Shown: positions 1-10,013 of the stretch, piece by piece
How positions within the stretch are numbered: position 1 is the stretch's first letter
Layout: the number at the start of each line of letters is the position of its first letter
NCBI GenBank assembly: GCA_013151415.1
Contig: JAADII010000144.1
Location: forward strand, 238 to 64,237
DNA length: 64,000 bases
Source: Chloroflexota bacterium
GTDB lineage: Bacteria > Chloroflexota > Anaerolineae > J102
Direction of reading: 5' to 3'
Made by a program: the position numbers and the translations under genes
The notes under the pieces: model-generated
What the model saw: only the letters and a program-made list of their open reading frames with translations
The model's database searches: none
Told to the model about the DNA's origin: nothing

Positions 1-1
1 G

Positions 2-1306
2 TTCAATGCATTCGCCCGTCGCGGCGACTCGACCGCTTTTGCGCTGCTGGCCCTCATCCTGGCCCTGGCCGGGTGGTGGCGGGTGCGCGAGGGCGAGAAA
101 AGCGGTTGGGTCTGGATGGCCGTCGGCCTGGGCGTCATGTTCATCGCCGGAGCGACCGGCCCTTCAGCCCTCATCGCCCTGCTTCTGGTCATGGCGCTCA
201 CCCGGAGCGACGGAGAGCGACCATCCATCGCTCTCAACCATTTCCTCATCTTCCTCACCGTGGTTTTGGTGGGTGGGACGGCCTTCTTCACCCGGTTGGA
301 CGCGTTGGGCCTGGCCGCCTTGAACTGGAGCGACTGGCTGGCCGCGTTCACCATCTCGCCTGCGGCCTGGTCGTGGGGCGCGATTCGACTTTTCACCGAC
401 GAAGCCCTGATCATGCCGGTGGGGCTGGTCGCCGCAATCTGGCTGTGGCGACGCCCTGGCCTTGAACGCGGTTTGGCCCTGGCCGGACTCATCCTTGCGT
501 TGGTCGCGGTTTTGCAGGGCCCATACGCCGCGGGAACGCGCGCGGTGGCTGCATTGCTTCTGGCGTTGCCAGCAGCCATGTTGATCTTGCATCTCGCTCG
601 CTCGGTCGACTTGTCTCTACCCGAGGCTCTGCTCTATGGCTTCACGCTTCAGGCCATTGTCATTATTGCGGGATTGGCCTTGGTGGGTTATGCGCGTCAT
701 GGCGATCAGGCCAATCTCATTTTGTTGGCCGCGACCCTATCCATGATGTTGTTGCTCAGCATCACCTTCGGATTCTTTATGGGCGCGCGGCTCATGTTTC
801 TGATGTCGGCTTGGGTGGTTACGATCACCCTGGCTCTCTACAGTCTGTCCATGGCCTGGGCTATGGGCTATGATTACATGCCGCCTCGTTTTCCAGCGCT
901 TTACGAAACCGATACGCGCATCGGCGTTTTCGATTTGGAGCAAGCCGCAGGCGATGTGAGCGAGCGGGTGAAAGGCGACCGATGGTCTTTGCCCATCACC
1001 CTGGTCGAGGGCAGTTCATCAGACGATGTATTGCATTGGCAACTGCGCCGAGCGCCCGAGGTGAGGCGGGTGATAAGCGTTGGGCCGGAATCGGCCGCTC
1101 CGCTTGTGGTCGCGCCGGCCGCATACGATCCCCCGCTCGAAGAGCAATACGCCGGCTCGACCTTTTATCTTTTCGACGCCTGGGACCCGGTCCAAGGCGA
1201 CCTTCGCCAAAAGATCGCCTGGTTGCTATTCCGCACCGCGCCCTGGGACATCCCCACCGAAAACGAGGTCCTTTGGGTCGATGTGACGACATTGGTTCCC
1301 GAATAG
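2..1306 (+). CDS. 5'-truncated polytopic membrane protein, GT-C/PMT-like (paralog-like to downstream TIGR03663 protein)
   Basis: Frame is open from position 2; many TM segments, then a soluble C-terminal domain ending in W..WLLFR, which resembles the corresponding region of the next gene. Confidence 0.6.
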   Translation, partial: FNAFARRGDSTAFALLALILALAGWWRVREGEKSGWVWMAVGLGVMFIAGATGPSALIALLLVMALTRSDGERPSIALNHFLIFLTVVLVGGTAFFTRLDALGLAALNWSDWLAAFTISPAAWSWGAIRLFTDEALIMPVGLVAAIWLWRRPGLERGLALAGLILALVAVLQGPYAAGTRAVAALLLALPAAMLILHLARSVDLSLPEALLYGFTLQAIVIIAGLALVGYARHGDQANLILLAATLSMMLLLSITFGFFMGARLMFLMSAWVVTITLALYSLSMAWAMGYDYMPPRFPALYETDTRIGVFDLEQAAGDVSERVKGDRWSLPITLVEGSSSDDVLHWQLRRAPEVRRVISVGPESAAPLVVAPAAYDPPLEEQYAGSTFYLFDAWDPVQGDLRQKIAWLLFRTAPWDIPTENEVLWVDVTTLVPE

Positions 1307-1374
1307 GGCGTATCGCGCATCTTCATTCGTTTCCAAATCCCGCGTCGTCTCCCCGTCAGGCGTTGACGTTTTTC

Positions 1375-1445
1375 GACACGAATTGACATGAATTTTACGA
1401 AGAAAAAGGCAAAGAAATTCGTGTTCATTCGCTCAATTCGTGTCT
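1375..1445. repeat. Short-period (about 9 nt) imperfect inverted repeat (CACGAATT / AATTCGTG type)
   Basis: gacacgaattgacatgaattttacgaa ... ttcgtgttcattcgctcaattcgtgtc. Confidence 0.7.
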
Positions 1446-1568
1446 GCTTTTTGTCCGCGCAAAAGGATCAACGCTCAAGAACTTCCCTATTTTCCCCTGC
1501 GCGCTCCGCCTCTCAGCATTTGAACCTTTCTCAAAGAATCCAATCCTTGCTCTTTGCTCAATCCCATT

Positions 1569-4500
1569 ATGACAACCACGCCAACTCCATCCGAACGTTC
1601 TTTCCTCGATAGTCCTGCGTTGTTGACCCTACGCTTGAATTGGGAAAAGATCGCCTGGATCGCTCTGCTGTTGGTGGCTTTTTTGCTGCGCGTTTATGAT
1701 GTGGGCGCGCGCACCATGAGCCATGATGAAAGTCTGCACACGACCTACAGCTACAATCTTTACAACGGCACGGGCTTCCAGCATGATCCTCTTATGCATG
1801 GCCCGCTTCTCTTCCATTTCACCGCGGCGAGCTATTTCATTTTTGGGCCTAGCGATTTTTCGGCTCGTTTTCCGGTTGTATTGCTTGGTGTGGGCGTGGT
1901 GGCGCTCATGTGGTTTGTGCGCCCCTGGCTCGGTAAGATAGGCGCTTTTTTGGCGGCGGCGTTGATGACTTTTTCGCCTACGCTTATCTTTCATAGTCGT
2001 TACATTCGTCATGACCTATACGCTATTTTCTTTGCCGTCGCGGTCATCATTCTGCTGTTTCGTTATTTGCAAGAGGGTCGAGAGAAGCTGTTGCTATGGA
2101 TGGCTGTGGCCTTGGGTTTTCTTTACACCACAAAAGAGGTCTCCTATATTTATGTGATCATCATTTCCGGCTTTTTTGTGGTGTGGGTGGCCATGCGGCT
2201 CTTGCGTGAACGCTGGGAAAACAACGGACTGCGGTGGCCTTTCTTTGGTTTGCTCGCCTTGGGCGCGATCCTGGCCGTTTATCCCATGAACGAGGCGCTG
2301 AAAGCCCCGGCCGGGCAGCTGGTGGTGAGTCAGCGCCTGGGCGGCATGGTCATGTGGCCCATGTTGCTTTTGGGGTTCGCCCTCGTTTTTGCAGCGCTTT
2401 TCTTGCTCTGGCGCGGATATGGGGGCGAAAGACTGCGCGCCATACGCGAAATGGATGTGCTCGTATGGCTGATTACGCTGTCCGCCCCCTTATTCGCCGC
2501 TTTTCCCATCAAGATTTTCGGCGGCACGCCCGACAACGTGAATATTACCGGCAATATTTTGCAACAGCCAACCGTGCTGTTGGCCGCGGCCGTCTTTTTC
2601 AGCATGTTGATCATCTTTACATGGTTGGGCTTTTTCTGGTCACGCGAACGTTACCTGGTGGCGCTCGGGCTTTACTACGCGGTGATGCTTCTCTTTTTCA
2701 CCACCTTCTTCACCAACGGCAACGGGGTGGCCACCGGCCTTATTGGCAGTATGGGCTATTGGTTGGCCCAACAGGAGGTCGCACGCGGGGGACAGCCCTG
2801 GTTCTACTACTTCATGCTCGTTCCCCTCTATGAATTCTTGCCCTTACTGCTTAGTCTCTTGGGCGCCATTGTCGTATTGTGGCGCGCGTTGCGCGGTCGG
2901 CCGGTCGATCCCACAGGCGATGACGAGGCCGCGGCCCCAGCCTTTCGCGCGGAATGGCTTCTGTTCCTGATATGGTGGACAGCCCTCACCTGGGCCGCGT
3001 ACACCTGGGCCGGAGAGAAAATGCCCTGGCTGGCCACCCATTTCGCGGTTCCCATGAGCATTTTGGGCGGCTGGTATCTGGCCGAGCGACTCAAACTTAT
3101 CGACTGGGCCAGGGCGCGCGCATTGGGCGGCTGGTGGTTCGTGTTGGGTTTGCCTCTTTGGCTCCTCACCCTCATCGCGTTTTTGCGCCTGCGACCGTTC
3201 GGCGGCAGCGATCTCAATTCCCTCAGCCAGACTATGGCCTGGATCGCCAGTCTGGCTCTCCTGGTGGGCTTGGGTTACGCATTGGTGCGCAAGGGCCTGC
3301 AGTTGGGTGGTGATCTCAGTCGCCGGTTGGCCTTCCTGAGCCTTATGCTCATTCTCACAATCATGTCGCTGCGCACAGCTTTGCTCTACAACTACGTCAA
3401 CTACGATTACGCCATCGAACCCATGGTCTACGCGCATGGCACGCCCGACATCAAGATCGTGGTCGATGAACTGCACGAAATCTCGCGACGCACTGTGGGC
3501 GAGGGGCAGCTGGCGTTCGCCTATGATAATGAGACCACCTGGCCGTTCGAGTGGTATTTCCGCGACTTTCCCAACAAGAAATTTTTTGGCGGTTCGCCTT
3601 CGCGCGAATATTTGAAAGATGCGCCCGTGGTGTTGGTTGGCACCGAGAACGAGGACAAAGTGCGGCCCTTCCTGGGCAAGGATTACTATCGCATCGTCTA
3701 CCGTCAGATATGGTGGCCCAAAGAGACCTACAAACAACTGATCGACGGCGCAGTTCAGCCTGACGGCTCGGTGCTCAAGGGCTTGCCCTTGCTGGTCAAA
3801 TGGCTGACCACGCCCGAAGACCGCCAGGCGCTCATTGATGTCATTTTGTATCGTCGCTATAAACAACCGTTGGCCGACTGGGATCCCTCGGATCGTTTTA
3901 TTATGTTTATCCGCAAGGATATTGCCGCACAAGTGTGGAACCTGGGCGCCGCGCCCGCGCCCATCGCCGAGACGCTCGTGGATCCCTTCGCTGGCAAGGA
4001 AATGCTTCAGCCCGCCACTCAGATCATCGGCGGCGTTGCAGGACCCGGAGCAGGACAGTTGCAGCAGCCGCGCAACATGGCGGTCGGGCCGGATGGCCGC
4101 ATCTATGTGGCCGATAGCGGCAACCATCGCATCCAGGTCTTCAACCCCGATGGCAGCTACGCGCTGGATTGGGGCGGTTTTGGCGCGGAGCCAGGTCAGT
4201 TCAACGAACCCTGGGGCATTGCCGTGAGCGAAGACGGCCGCGTCTATGTGGCCGACACCTGGAACCACCGCATTCAGGTCTTCGATTCCGAGGGCAATTT
4301 CATCACTCAATGGGGCGCGTTCGTGTCCACCGACGGCCAGCTTGGCGAGATGGGCGTGTTCTGGGGCCCGCGCGCGGTGGCCTTCGACAACGAGGGCAAC
4401 CTGTTGGTGACCGATACAGGCAACAAGCGCGTGCAGGTCTTCGATCCCGACGGCGTCCCCATCACCCAATTTGGCGGCGCTGGCGTGGATACAGGCTTCT

Positions 4501-4880
4501 TCGATGAACCGGTGGGTCTCGCGGTCGGGCCGGATGGTAGCATCTATGTGGCCGACACCTGGAACCAACGCGTTCAGAAGTTCAACGCCCAATACCAGTT
4601 CGTGAAAGAATGGCCCGTCCCCGGCTGGGAGAGCGAGGGCATCTTCGACAAGCCCTACATCGCGGTGGATGAGAACAACGTGGTCTACGCGTCCGATCCC
4701 ACCAGTTGGCGCATCCTGGTGTGGGATAGCGAGGGCGTCGCCAAGGCCGCGCTGGGCCAATACGGCGCGGGTCTCACCGATTTCGCGCTTCCCAACGGCG
4801 TCAGCATCGCGCCCGACGGCTCGCTTTGGGTCGCAGATGCAGACAACAACCGCATCATGCGCTTCGAGCCGATTCGATAG
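1569..4880 (+). CDS. TIGR03663/Agl23-like GT-C membrane protein fused to a C-terminal NHL-repeat beta-propeller
   Basis: SHDESLH, HDPLMHGP, SRYIRHD, GEKMPWL motifs; repeated F.EP.GIAV..DG..YVADTWNHRIQVF NHL units. Confidence 0.85.
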   Translation: MTTTPTPSERSFLDSPALLTLRLNWEKIAWIALLLVAFLLRVYDVGARTMSHDESLHTTYSYNLYNGTGFQHDPLMHGPLLFHFTAASYFIFGPSDFSARFPVVLLGVGVVALMWFVRPWLGKIGAFLAAALMTFSPTLIFHSRYIRHDLYAIFFAVAVIILLFRYLQEGREKLLLWMAVALGFLYTTKEVSYIYVIIISGFFVVWVAMRLLRERWENNGLRWPFFGLLALGAILAVYPMNEALKAPAGQLVVSQRLGGMVMWPMLLLGFALVFAALFLLWRGYGGERLRAIREMDVLVWLITLSAPLFAAFPIKIFGGTPDNVNITGNILQQPTVLLAAAVFFSMLIIFTWLGFFWSRERYLVALGLYYAVMLLFFTTFFTNGNGVATGLIGSMGYWLAQQEVARGGQPWFYYFMLVPLYEFLPLLLSLLGAIVVLWRALRGRPVDPTGDDEAAAPAFRAEWLLFLIWWTALTWAAYTWAGEKMPWLATHFAVPMSILGGWYLAERLKLIDWARARALGGWWFVLGLPLWLLTLIAFLRLRPFGGSDLNSLSQTMAWIASLALLVGLGYALVRKGLQLGGDLSRRLAFLSLMLILTIMSLRTALLYNYVNYDYAIEPMVYAHGTPDIKIVVDELHEISRRTVGEGQLAFAYDNETTWPFEWYFRDFPNKKFFGGSPSREYLKDAPVVLVGTENEDKVRPFLGKDYYRIVYRQIWWPKETYKQLIDGAVQPDGSVLKGLPLLVKWLTTPEDRQALIDVILYRRYKQPLADWDPSDRFIMFIRKDIAAQVWNLGAAPAPIAETLVDPFAGKEMLQPATQIIGGVAGPGAGQLQQPRNMAVGPDGRIYVADSGNHRIQVFNPDGSYALDWGGFGAEPGQFNEPWGIAVSEDGRVYVADTWNHRIQVFDSEGNFITQWGAFVSTDGQLGEMGVFWGPRAVAFDNEGNLLVTDTGNKRVQVFDPDGVPITQFGGAGVDTGFFDEPVGLAVGPDGSIYVADTWNQRVQKFNAQYQFVKEWPVPGWESEGIFDKPYIAVDENNVVYASDPTSWRILVWDSEGVAKAALGQYGAGLTDFALPNGVSIAPDGSLWVADADNNRIMRFEPIR

Positions 4881-4996
4881 CGTTGGTTCTACGACATGAA
4901 TATCGGATGATAGGACGATATAGGGTCTCCTCGCGCCCCATTGTTTTCCCCGACTCGGCTGTGTTACAATCGGACGCGTCATAAGAGGAATTCATC

Positions 4997-5872
4997 GTGG
5001 ACTACGACATCGCCATCAAAGAGATGCTGCGTCTATGCAGCCGTGAAATTTTGCGACGATGGCTGAACATTCCCGTCAGCGAAAGTGCGCTCATAGAAGA
5101 CTTGCCGCAGGAAACCACTTCTCTCCGTCGCAGCGATTTTCCTCTGCATGTGATCACCGAGGACGGTCGTGAGATGCTCGTCCTCATCGAGATTCAGACG
5201 CGGTGGGATCCCGACCTCCCGCCGCGAATGCTCGAATATCGCTATCGACACAAGCTCAGGTTTGGCAACCGGAACGCGCCCATCTTTTCAGCGGCTATCG
5301 TGCTGACGCCGTCGCCGGGAGTCACCGACTACTACCAAGATGAACAGGTGCGCTTCCATTATCATCTCATTCCGGTCTACGAGATGAACGCGGCCGAAGT
5401 GGTGCAGGATGGCATTACCTGTATGGCGCCATTCGTTCCCGTTATGCGCGATGGCGAGAAATGGTTCCGTCAAGCGGACGAACTGATCGAGAAAAGCGAT
5501 TTGTCCAACATGACCAAGGCCGATATGTACACGGCCATGGGCATCATTTCAGGATTGACATCGAGGCGCCTGTTACAACAGTTACTCCAGCGGAGGCATG
5601 AAATCATGATCGAGTCTGCGTTTTTCGAAGTGCTTCGAGAGGAGATCGAAAAGGAAGTCAAAGAAGAGGCGTGGCAACAAGGTTTGCAGCAGGGTTTGCG
5701 CTCAGGCTATCTTGATGCCATTGCATTGGGATTAGATCTGCGATTTGGCGCAGAGGGGTTGAAACTTTTACCGGAAATCGAGGCGATTGCGGACGTAAGC
5801 ACACTGCGCGCCATCCGAGAAGCGCTGCACAGTGTGGAATCACCCGAAGAACTGCGCACCATTTATCAATAG
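4997..5872 (+). CDS. Rpn-family recombination-promoting nuclease / putative transposase (PD-(D/E)XK)
   Basis: YDIAIK N-terminus, RSDF...LIEIQT...RMLEY core, QQGLQQG repeats and LDLRFG C-terminal domain; AAGAGG SD before the GTG start. Confidence 0.85.
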   Translation: MDYDIAIKEMLRLCSREILRRWLNIPVSESALIEDLPQETTSLRRSDFPLHVITEDGREMLVLIEIQTRWDPDLPPRMLEYRYRHKLRFGNRNAPIFSAAIVLTPSPGVTDYYQDEQVRFHYHLIPVYEMNAAEVVQDGITCMAPFVPVMRDGEKWFRQADELIEKSDLSNMTKADMYTAMGIISGLTSRRLLQQLLQRRHEIMIESAFFEVLREEIEKEVKEEAWQQGLQQGLRSGYLDAIALGLDLRFGAEGLKLLPEIEAIADVSTLRAIREALHSVESPEELRTIYQ

Positions 5873-5920
5873 AAGCATACGCCCTTCTTTCCTGAAACTC
5901 ATTCCGGTCATCACCTCACC

Positions 5921-6676
5921 ATGTTCCCCACCATTCAAATCGGCCCCATCGCTTTGCCAACCGGCCCCTTACTGCTCATCCTGGGATTCTGGGTGGGTTT
6001 GTGGGTGGCTGCGAAAGTGGGCGAACGCCGCGGCATCGATCCCGATCATCTTTACAACGCCGGCTTTTATGCGGCCGTCGCTGCCATCATCGCCGGTCGC
6101 TTGGGTCATGTCATTCGCTACTTCCCGGCCTATCGCGGGGATCCCCTCAGCGTGCTCAACCCCAACCTGAGCGCGTTTTTGCCACTGGCCGCGGTGTTGG
6201 CCGCGCTGGCGGTTCTGGCCTGGTATCAGCGCCGTTATCAAATTCCCATTCCCGCGTTGCTGGACGCGCTGGCCCTGGGCGCGCTCGCGCTTCTGGCCTC
6301 TCTGGCTCTGGCCGATTTTCTCAACGCCCGCAACTTCGGCAGTCCCACGCTCATGCCCTGGGCCGTGACGCAGTGGAGCGTGGCCCGGCATCCGGTGCAA
6401 CTTTATGAGCTTTTGGGCATTCTCATCGTGTTGGGCCTTCTCTGGGCGCGGCTCGAAGCATTTCGACCGGGACGGACCGCGCTGGTCGCATTGGGCGGCT
6501 ATGCCGCGGTGCGACTCATCGTGGACGCGTTCCGCGACCAACCTCAGACCATTGGCGATGGCTTTCGCCTGAGCCAGGTCATCGCCCTCATCGTCTTGCT
6601 CATCGTATTGCTGGCTTTCTATCAAATGCAAGTGCAAGCTGAGCGTTCGGAGGAGAATGCTTCCGCGTCATCATAA
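5921..6676 (+). CDS. lgt: Prolipoprotein diacylglyceryl transferase family protein
   Basis: MFPTIQIGPI start, GRLGHV, FG.PT.MPW, RHPVQLYE motifs. Confidence 0.8.
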   Translation: MFPTIQIGPIALPTGPLLLILGFWVGLWVAAKVGERRGIDPDHLYNAGFYAAVAAIIAGRLGHVIRYFPAYRGDPLSVLNPNLSAFLPLAAVLAALAVLAWYQRRYQIPIPALLDALALGALALLASLALADFLNARNFGSPTLMPWAVTQWSVARHPVQLYELLGILIVLGLLWARLEAFRPGRTALVALGGYAAVRLIVDAFRDQPQTIGDGFRLSQVIALIVLLIVLLAFYQMQVQAERSEENASASS

Positions 6677-6678
6677 TT

Positions 6679-6869
6679 GATTGCTTTGTAAATAGCGTCC
6701 AAAGTTCGAGGTTGGTCGGACAGGTCATGTCGTGATGAGCGGCCAGACCAACATAGACCAAAAGGTCCACCGTCTATCTTGGTCTACTTTGGTCTACGTT
6801 GGTCAGCGCAAGCGATTTTCATGCGTATCGGAGCGGGCAAGCCCGCGGTCGGACTGCTTTGCAAAATCC
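6679..6869. repeat. MITE/BIME-like mosaic repeat with internal 10-mer TAGACCAA/TTGGTCTA arrays and a REP-like hairpin
   Basis: Ends GATTGCTTTGTAAATAG and ATTTTCATGCGTATC; hairpin GCGGGCAAGCCCGC; 6782-6869 recurs inverted at 11752-11837. Confidence 0.75.
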
Positions 6870-6905
6870 AATCGCATAGTCTCAATATCGACTCGCGTGC
6901 CCGCG

Positions 6906-7643
6906 CTACACCCGGCGCAGCTTGTCCGCGACCAGCGAGCCGAGAAAGCGGCGCTCGCCCGCAGTGACAAAGTGAATGGTCAACTGCACATCACCATCGC
7001 TCGGGTCCACGGCTACGATCTGGCCGCGGCCAAAGCGCTCATGCTCGATCCATTGCCCCTCTTTGAACGTACGGAGGGGCTTTTTGCGCCCGCCGTTGGG
7101 TTCGGGGCGGGGTTTCTGTATCTCGGCCAGGATGCGCGCCTCGCGATCGCGCCACAGCTCCGCATACGCGGCCAGGTCTTCGGGCCGCTTCACCTTGCGG
7201 CGAATGTCGTTGAGTCGCGTCCGCGCCTGCGAAAGCCGCTCCATCAGCTCGCCCCTGTTGCGCATCGAACGACTACGAGCCACGCGACGCGATGCATCGT
7301 TTAGGGCGTAACCCAAAGCCTTGAACTGCTCCGATGGATACGCGTCGAGAGGTGAGATCAGCACCAGATTCACGTTGTTCAGCCGGCAAAGCTCTTTGCG
7401 CACCTCGTCGCGAGCCGCGTCCTCCAGCTCTTGCCAGTCGTCCTTGCGTCGCATCCCGCGCGCCTGCAAGCCGGCGAAGCGCACGGCCAGCCCGATCTCG
7501 GGGTAGAGAAAATCCAGCTTCAGACGCCGTTTCGTGGCCGGATTGATCAGCCATGTGGGCGAGGCGTCGCGCTGGGCCTCGAAGCCCTCGAACACGCGCT
7601 CCAGAATCTCGCGCCATCCCATCACATAGAGCGCCGCGCTCAT
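6906..7643 (-). CDS. Hypothetical protein: degenerate Vsr/DUF559-like nuclease fold plus C-terminal PcrA/UvrD-type Tudor domain
   Basis: PTWLINPATKRRLKLDFLYPEIGLAVRF...RDEVRKELCR; C-terminal FKEGQWIEHERFGRGQIV...IHF...GERRF; ATGA overlap with the upstream gene. Confidence 0.65.
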   Translation of the reverse strand: MSAALYVMGWREILERVFEGFEAQRDASPTWLINPATKRRLKLDFLYPEIGLAVRFAGLQARGMRRKDDWQELEDAARDEVRKELCRLNNVNLVLISPLDAYPSEQFKALGYALNDASRRVARSRSMRNRGELMERLSQARTRLNDIRRKVKRPEDLAAYAELWRDREARILAEIQKPRPEPNGGRKKPLRTFKEGQWIEHERFGRGQIVAVDPSDGDVQLTIHFVTAGERRFLGSLVADKLRRV

Positions 7644-9554
7644 GCCACCACCTCCCCCATCTCCGACACGTCATACCCGCCCAACGCGGATACGGCCTGA
7701 CGGAAATGCTCGCTGCGGATGATCTCCAACATGGGCGCGAGCAAGTCGCTTTCATAATAGGCTTTGGGAATGATCAATTGATACTTCTCCTCGAACAGGG
7801 GAACGAAATCCAGGTCCAGGGCCCGCGCCGCGGCCAGAATGCCCAATCCGCAATCGGCCGCGCCGCTGGCCACCGCGGCCGCCACGGCCAGATGTGTGAA
7901 CTCGGCCCGCTCGTAGCCCTGAATCTGGTCGGGATCGATGCCTTTTTGCTTGAGCTGATAATCGAGTAGCACGCGCGTGCCCGCGCCGCGCTGGCGATTG
8001 ATGAACACGACATCGGGCCGCGTCAGGTCTTCCAAACTGCGGATGTTCTTGGGATTGCCTTTGGGCGTGATCAATCCCTGCGTGCGGCCCACGAATCCCA
8101 ACACGACCACCGGCATGTTGGGTAGATAGCGTTGGATGTAACCGAGATTATACTCGCCCGTTTCCTCGTCCAACAGGTGCGAACCCGCGAAATGGGCCTC
8201 CCCGCGGCGCAAAGCCAGCAGACCGCTAAGCGAACCGACATTGCCCGAGCTGAGTGAACGGTCGGGACGCTCACGGCGCAATTGATCGGCCAGAAGGTCG
8301 AGGGTGAGATCGTGGCTTCCCAGGTGGACAATGGTCTGATCGATGACATGGGGCGGTCTCAACAACTCGACCGTCACCCTGTCACCCGCGTTCAACCCCT
8401 CGGAAAAGCGGGGGATGTGGGCGATGCCGTCGGCCCGCACCATCGACATGAGCACGCCCGCGCCGCGCGGCAAGGGCGTGGCCACGACGCGCTCGCCCAC
8501 CCGCCCAAGTCACGCGCATGAACTCATCCTGGCCCATGGGCGAGAGCACCTTGCGGGTGATGGTGGCCTCGACCGTGAGCCGCGGCTCGATGGTTTGGCC
8601 AACCCAGTGTTGCAAGAGCGGCTTCACCAGCAATTCAAAGGTGATCATGGCGCTGACCGGAAAGCCGGGGATGCCCACCAAAGGTTTGCCCTGCGCGTGG
8701 CCCAACACCACGGGATGTCCGGGCCGAATGGCGATGCCATGCACCACCACTTCGCCCAGGTCCTCGAAAATGCGGGCCGTGTAGTCCTCGGAACCGGCCG
8801 ACGACCCTGCGTTGACCACCACCAGATCATGATCTTCCAACGCGGCCGCCACCGCGCGCTTGATGGCCTCGTAATCGTCTGCGATCATGGGCAGACGATT
8901 CGCATCCGCGCCCCAGTCCTCGGCCATCGCGGCCAGGACGATGGAGTTGAACTCGATGATGTCGCCCGGTTTCAGCTCGGATCCGGGCCGCACCAGCTCG
9001 GTTCCTGTGGGCAGGATGGCGATGCGGGGCCGGCGGTAGACCTGCACGTGGGTGTGACCGCTTCCCGTGATCGCGCCCAAATCTTGCGGTCGCAGCCGAT
9101 GATTGGCCGGAACCACCAGTTCGGTGGCCACGATGTCCTCGCCCATGACGCGCACATTGTCCCAGGGCGGAACCGAGGCCAGGATTTCAATCTCGGGCGC
9201 GTCCTCAGGTCCCAGACGTTGCGCCTCTTCGACCGGGATCACCGCGTCGAATCCGTCGGGGATGGGATCGCCGGTGTCCACGTAGAGGGCTTGCTGACCG
9301 ATTTTCAGGCGTTTGGGGCGGGTGAGGGTGGCGCCGGCCGTGTCGGACGCGCGCACCGCGTAGCCATCCATGGCCGCGGAATGATAGTGCGGAACTGAAA
9401 TGCGCGCCCACACCGGCGCCGCGGTGACGCGGCCGTTCGCGTCGCCGACGAACACCGACTCCGCGGGCAATTTGCGCAACGCGCCGACTTGGTTCAGCGC
9501 CTCGCGCCAGGCCGATATGGCTTCATCGAGGGGGATGTCGTGGAGATAGGTCAT
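7640..9554 (-). pseudogene. moeA: MoeA-PBP (LysR-type substrate-binding) fusion molybdopterin biosynthesis protein, frameshifted near 8505
   Basis: AAMDGYAV, TGDPIP, GSSAGSEDY, IRPGHP, GIPGFPVSA in one frame; VVATPLPRGAG, GSHD, FINRQRGAGTR continue in another frame; may be a sequencing error. Confidence 0.8.
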
Positions 9555-9599
9555 TGCGGGAAGAGGGGGTTTGGGGTAGAATAAGGCGAGGAGGCTATT

Positions 9600-10013
9600 A
9601 TGAGTGTTCAAACGATGACCATACAATTGCCATCGGAGCTTTACGAATATCTCGAACGTAGAGCGAAAAATTCGCGACGTTCGGTGAATGAAGAAGTTGT
9701 GGAGGCAATCGCTATCGCTGCTCAGGAAAGGGCGCAACTGTCTCCAGAGATGGAGTCTGTTTTGGATCAGCTCAATTATATGGACGACGCCACACTTTGG
9801 CGCATGGCTCGAAGTCGCCTATCCGAGGAAGAGGCGCGCCGACTAGAGGAATTGAACTGGAAACAACAGCGGGAAGGGTTGACGATGGAAGAGGAAGAGG
9901 AGCGTGATATGCTGCTCTGGCAATATGATCGTCGTCTCCTGGTGCGTGCGAAAGCTATGGCTCTGCTCAAAGAACGCGGTCACGACATCAGCGAGTTGCT
10001 TGCACCTGTATGA
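9600..10013 (+). CDS. Ribbon-helix-helix (Arc-like) putative antitoxin
   Basis: MTIQLPSELYEYLERRAKNSRRSVNEEV; AGGAGG SD; ATGA overlap with the HNH gene. Confidence 0.7.
   Translation: MSVQTMTIQLPSELYEYLERRAKNSRRSVNEEVVEAIAIAAQERAQLSPEMESVLDQLNYMDDATLWRMARSRLSEEEARRLEELNWKQQREGLTMEEEEERDMLLWQYDRRLLVRAKAMALLKERGHDISELLAPV

Noticed and set aside
2844-4982. 712-aa minus-strand ORF
   Set aside because: Antisense shadow of the well-supported NHL-repeat gene; no recognisable motifs, and such ORFs are common in GC-rich DNA.
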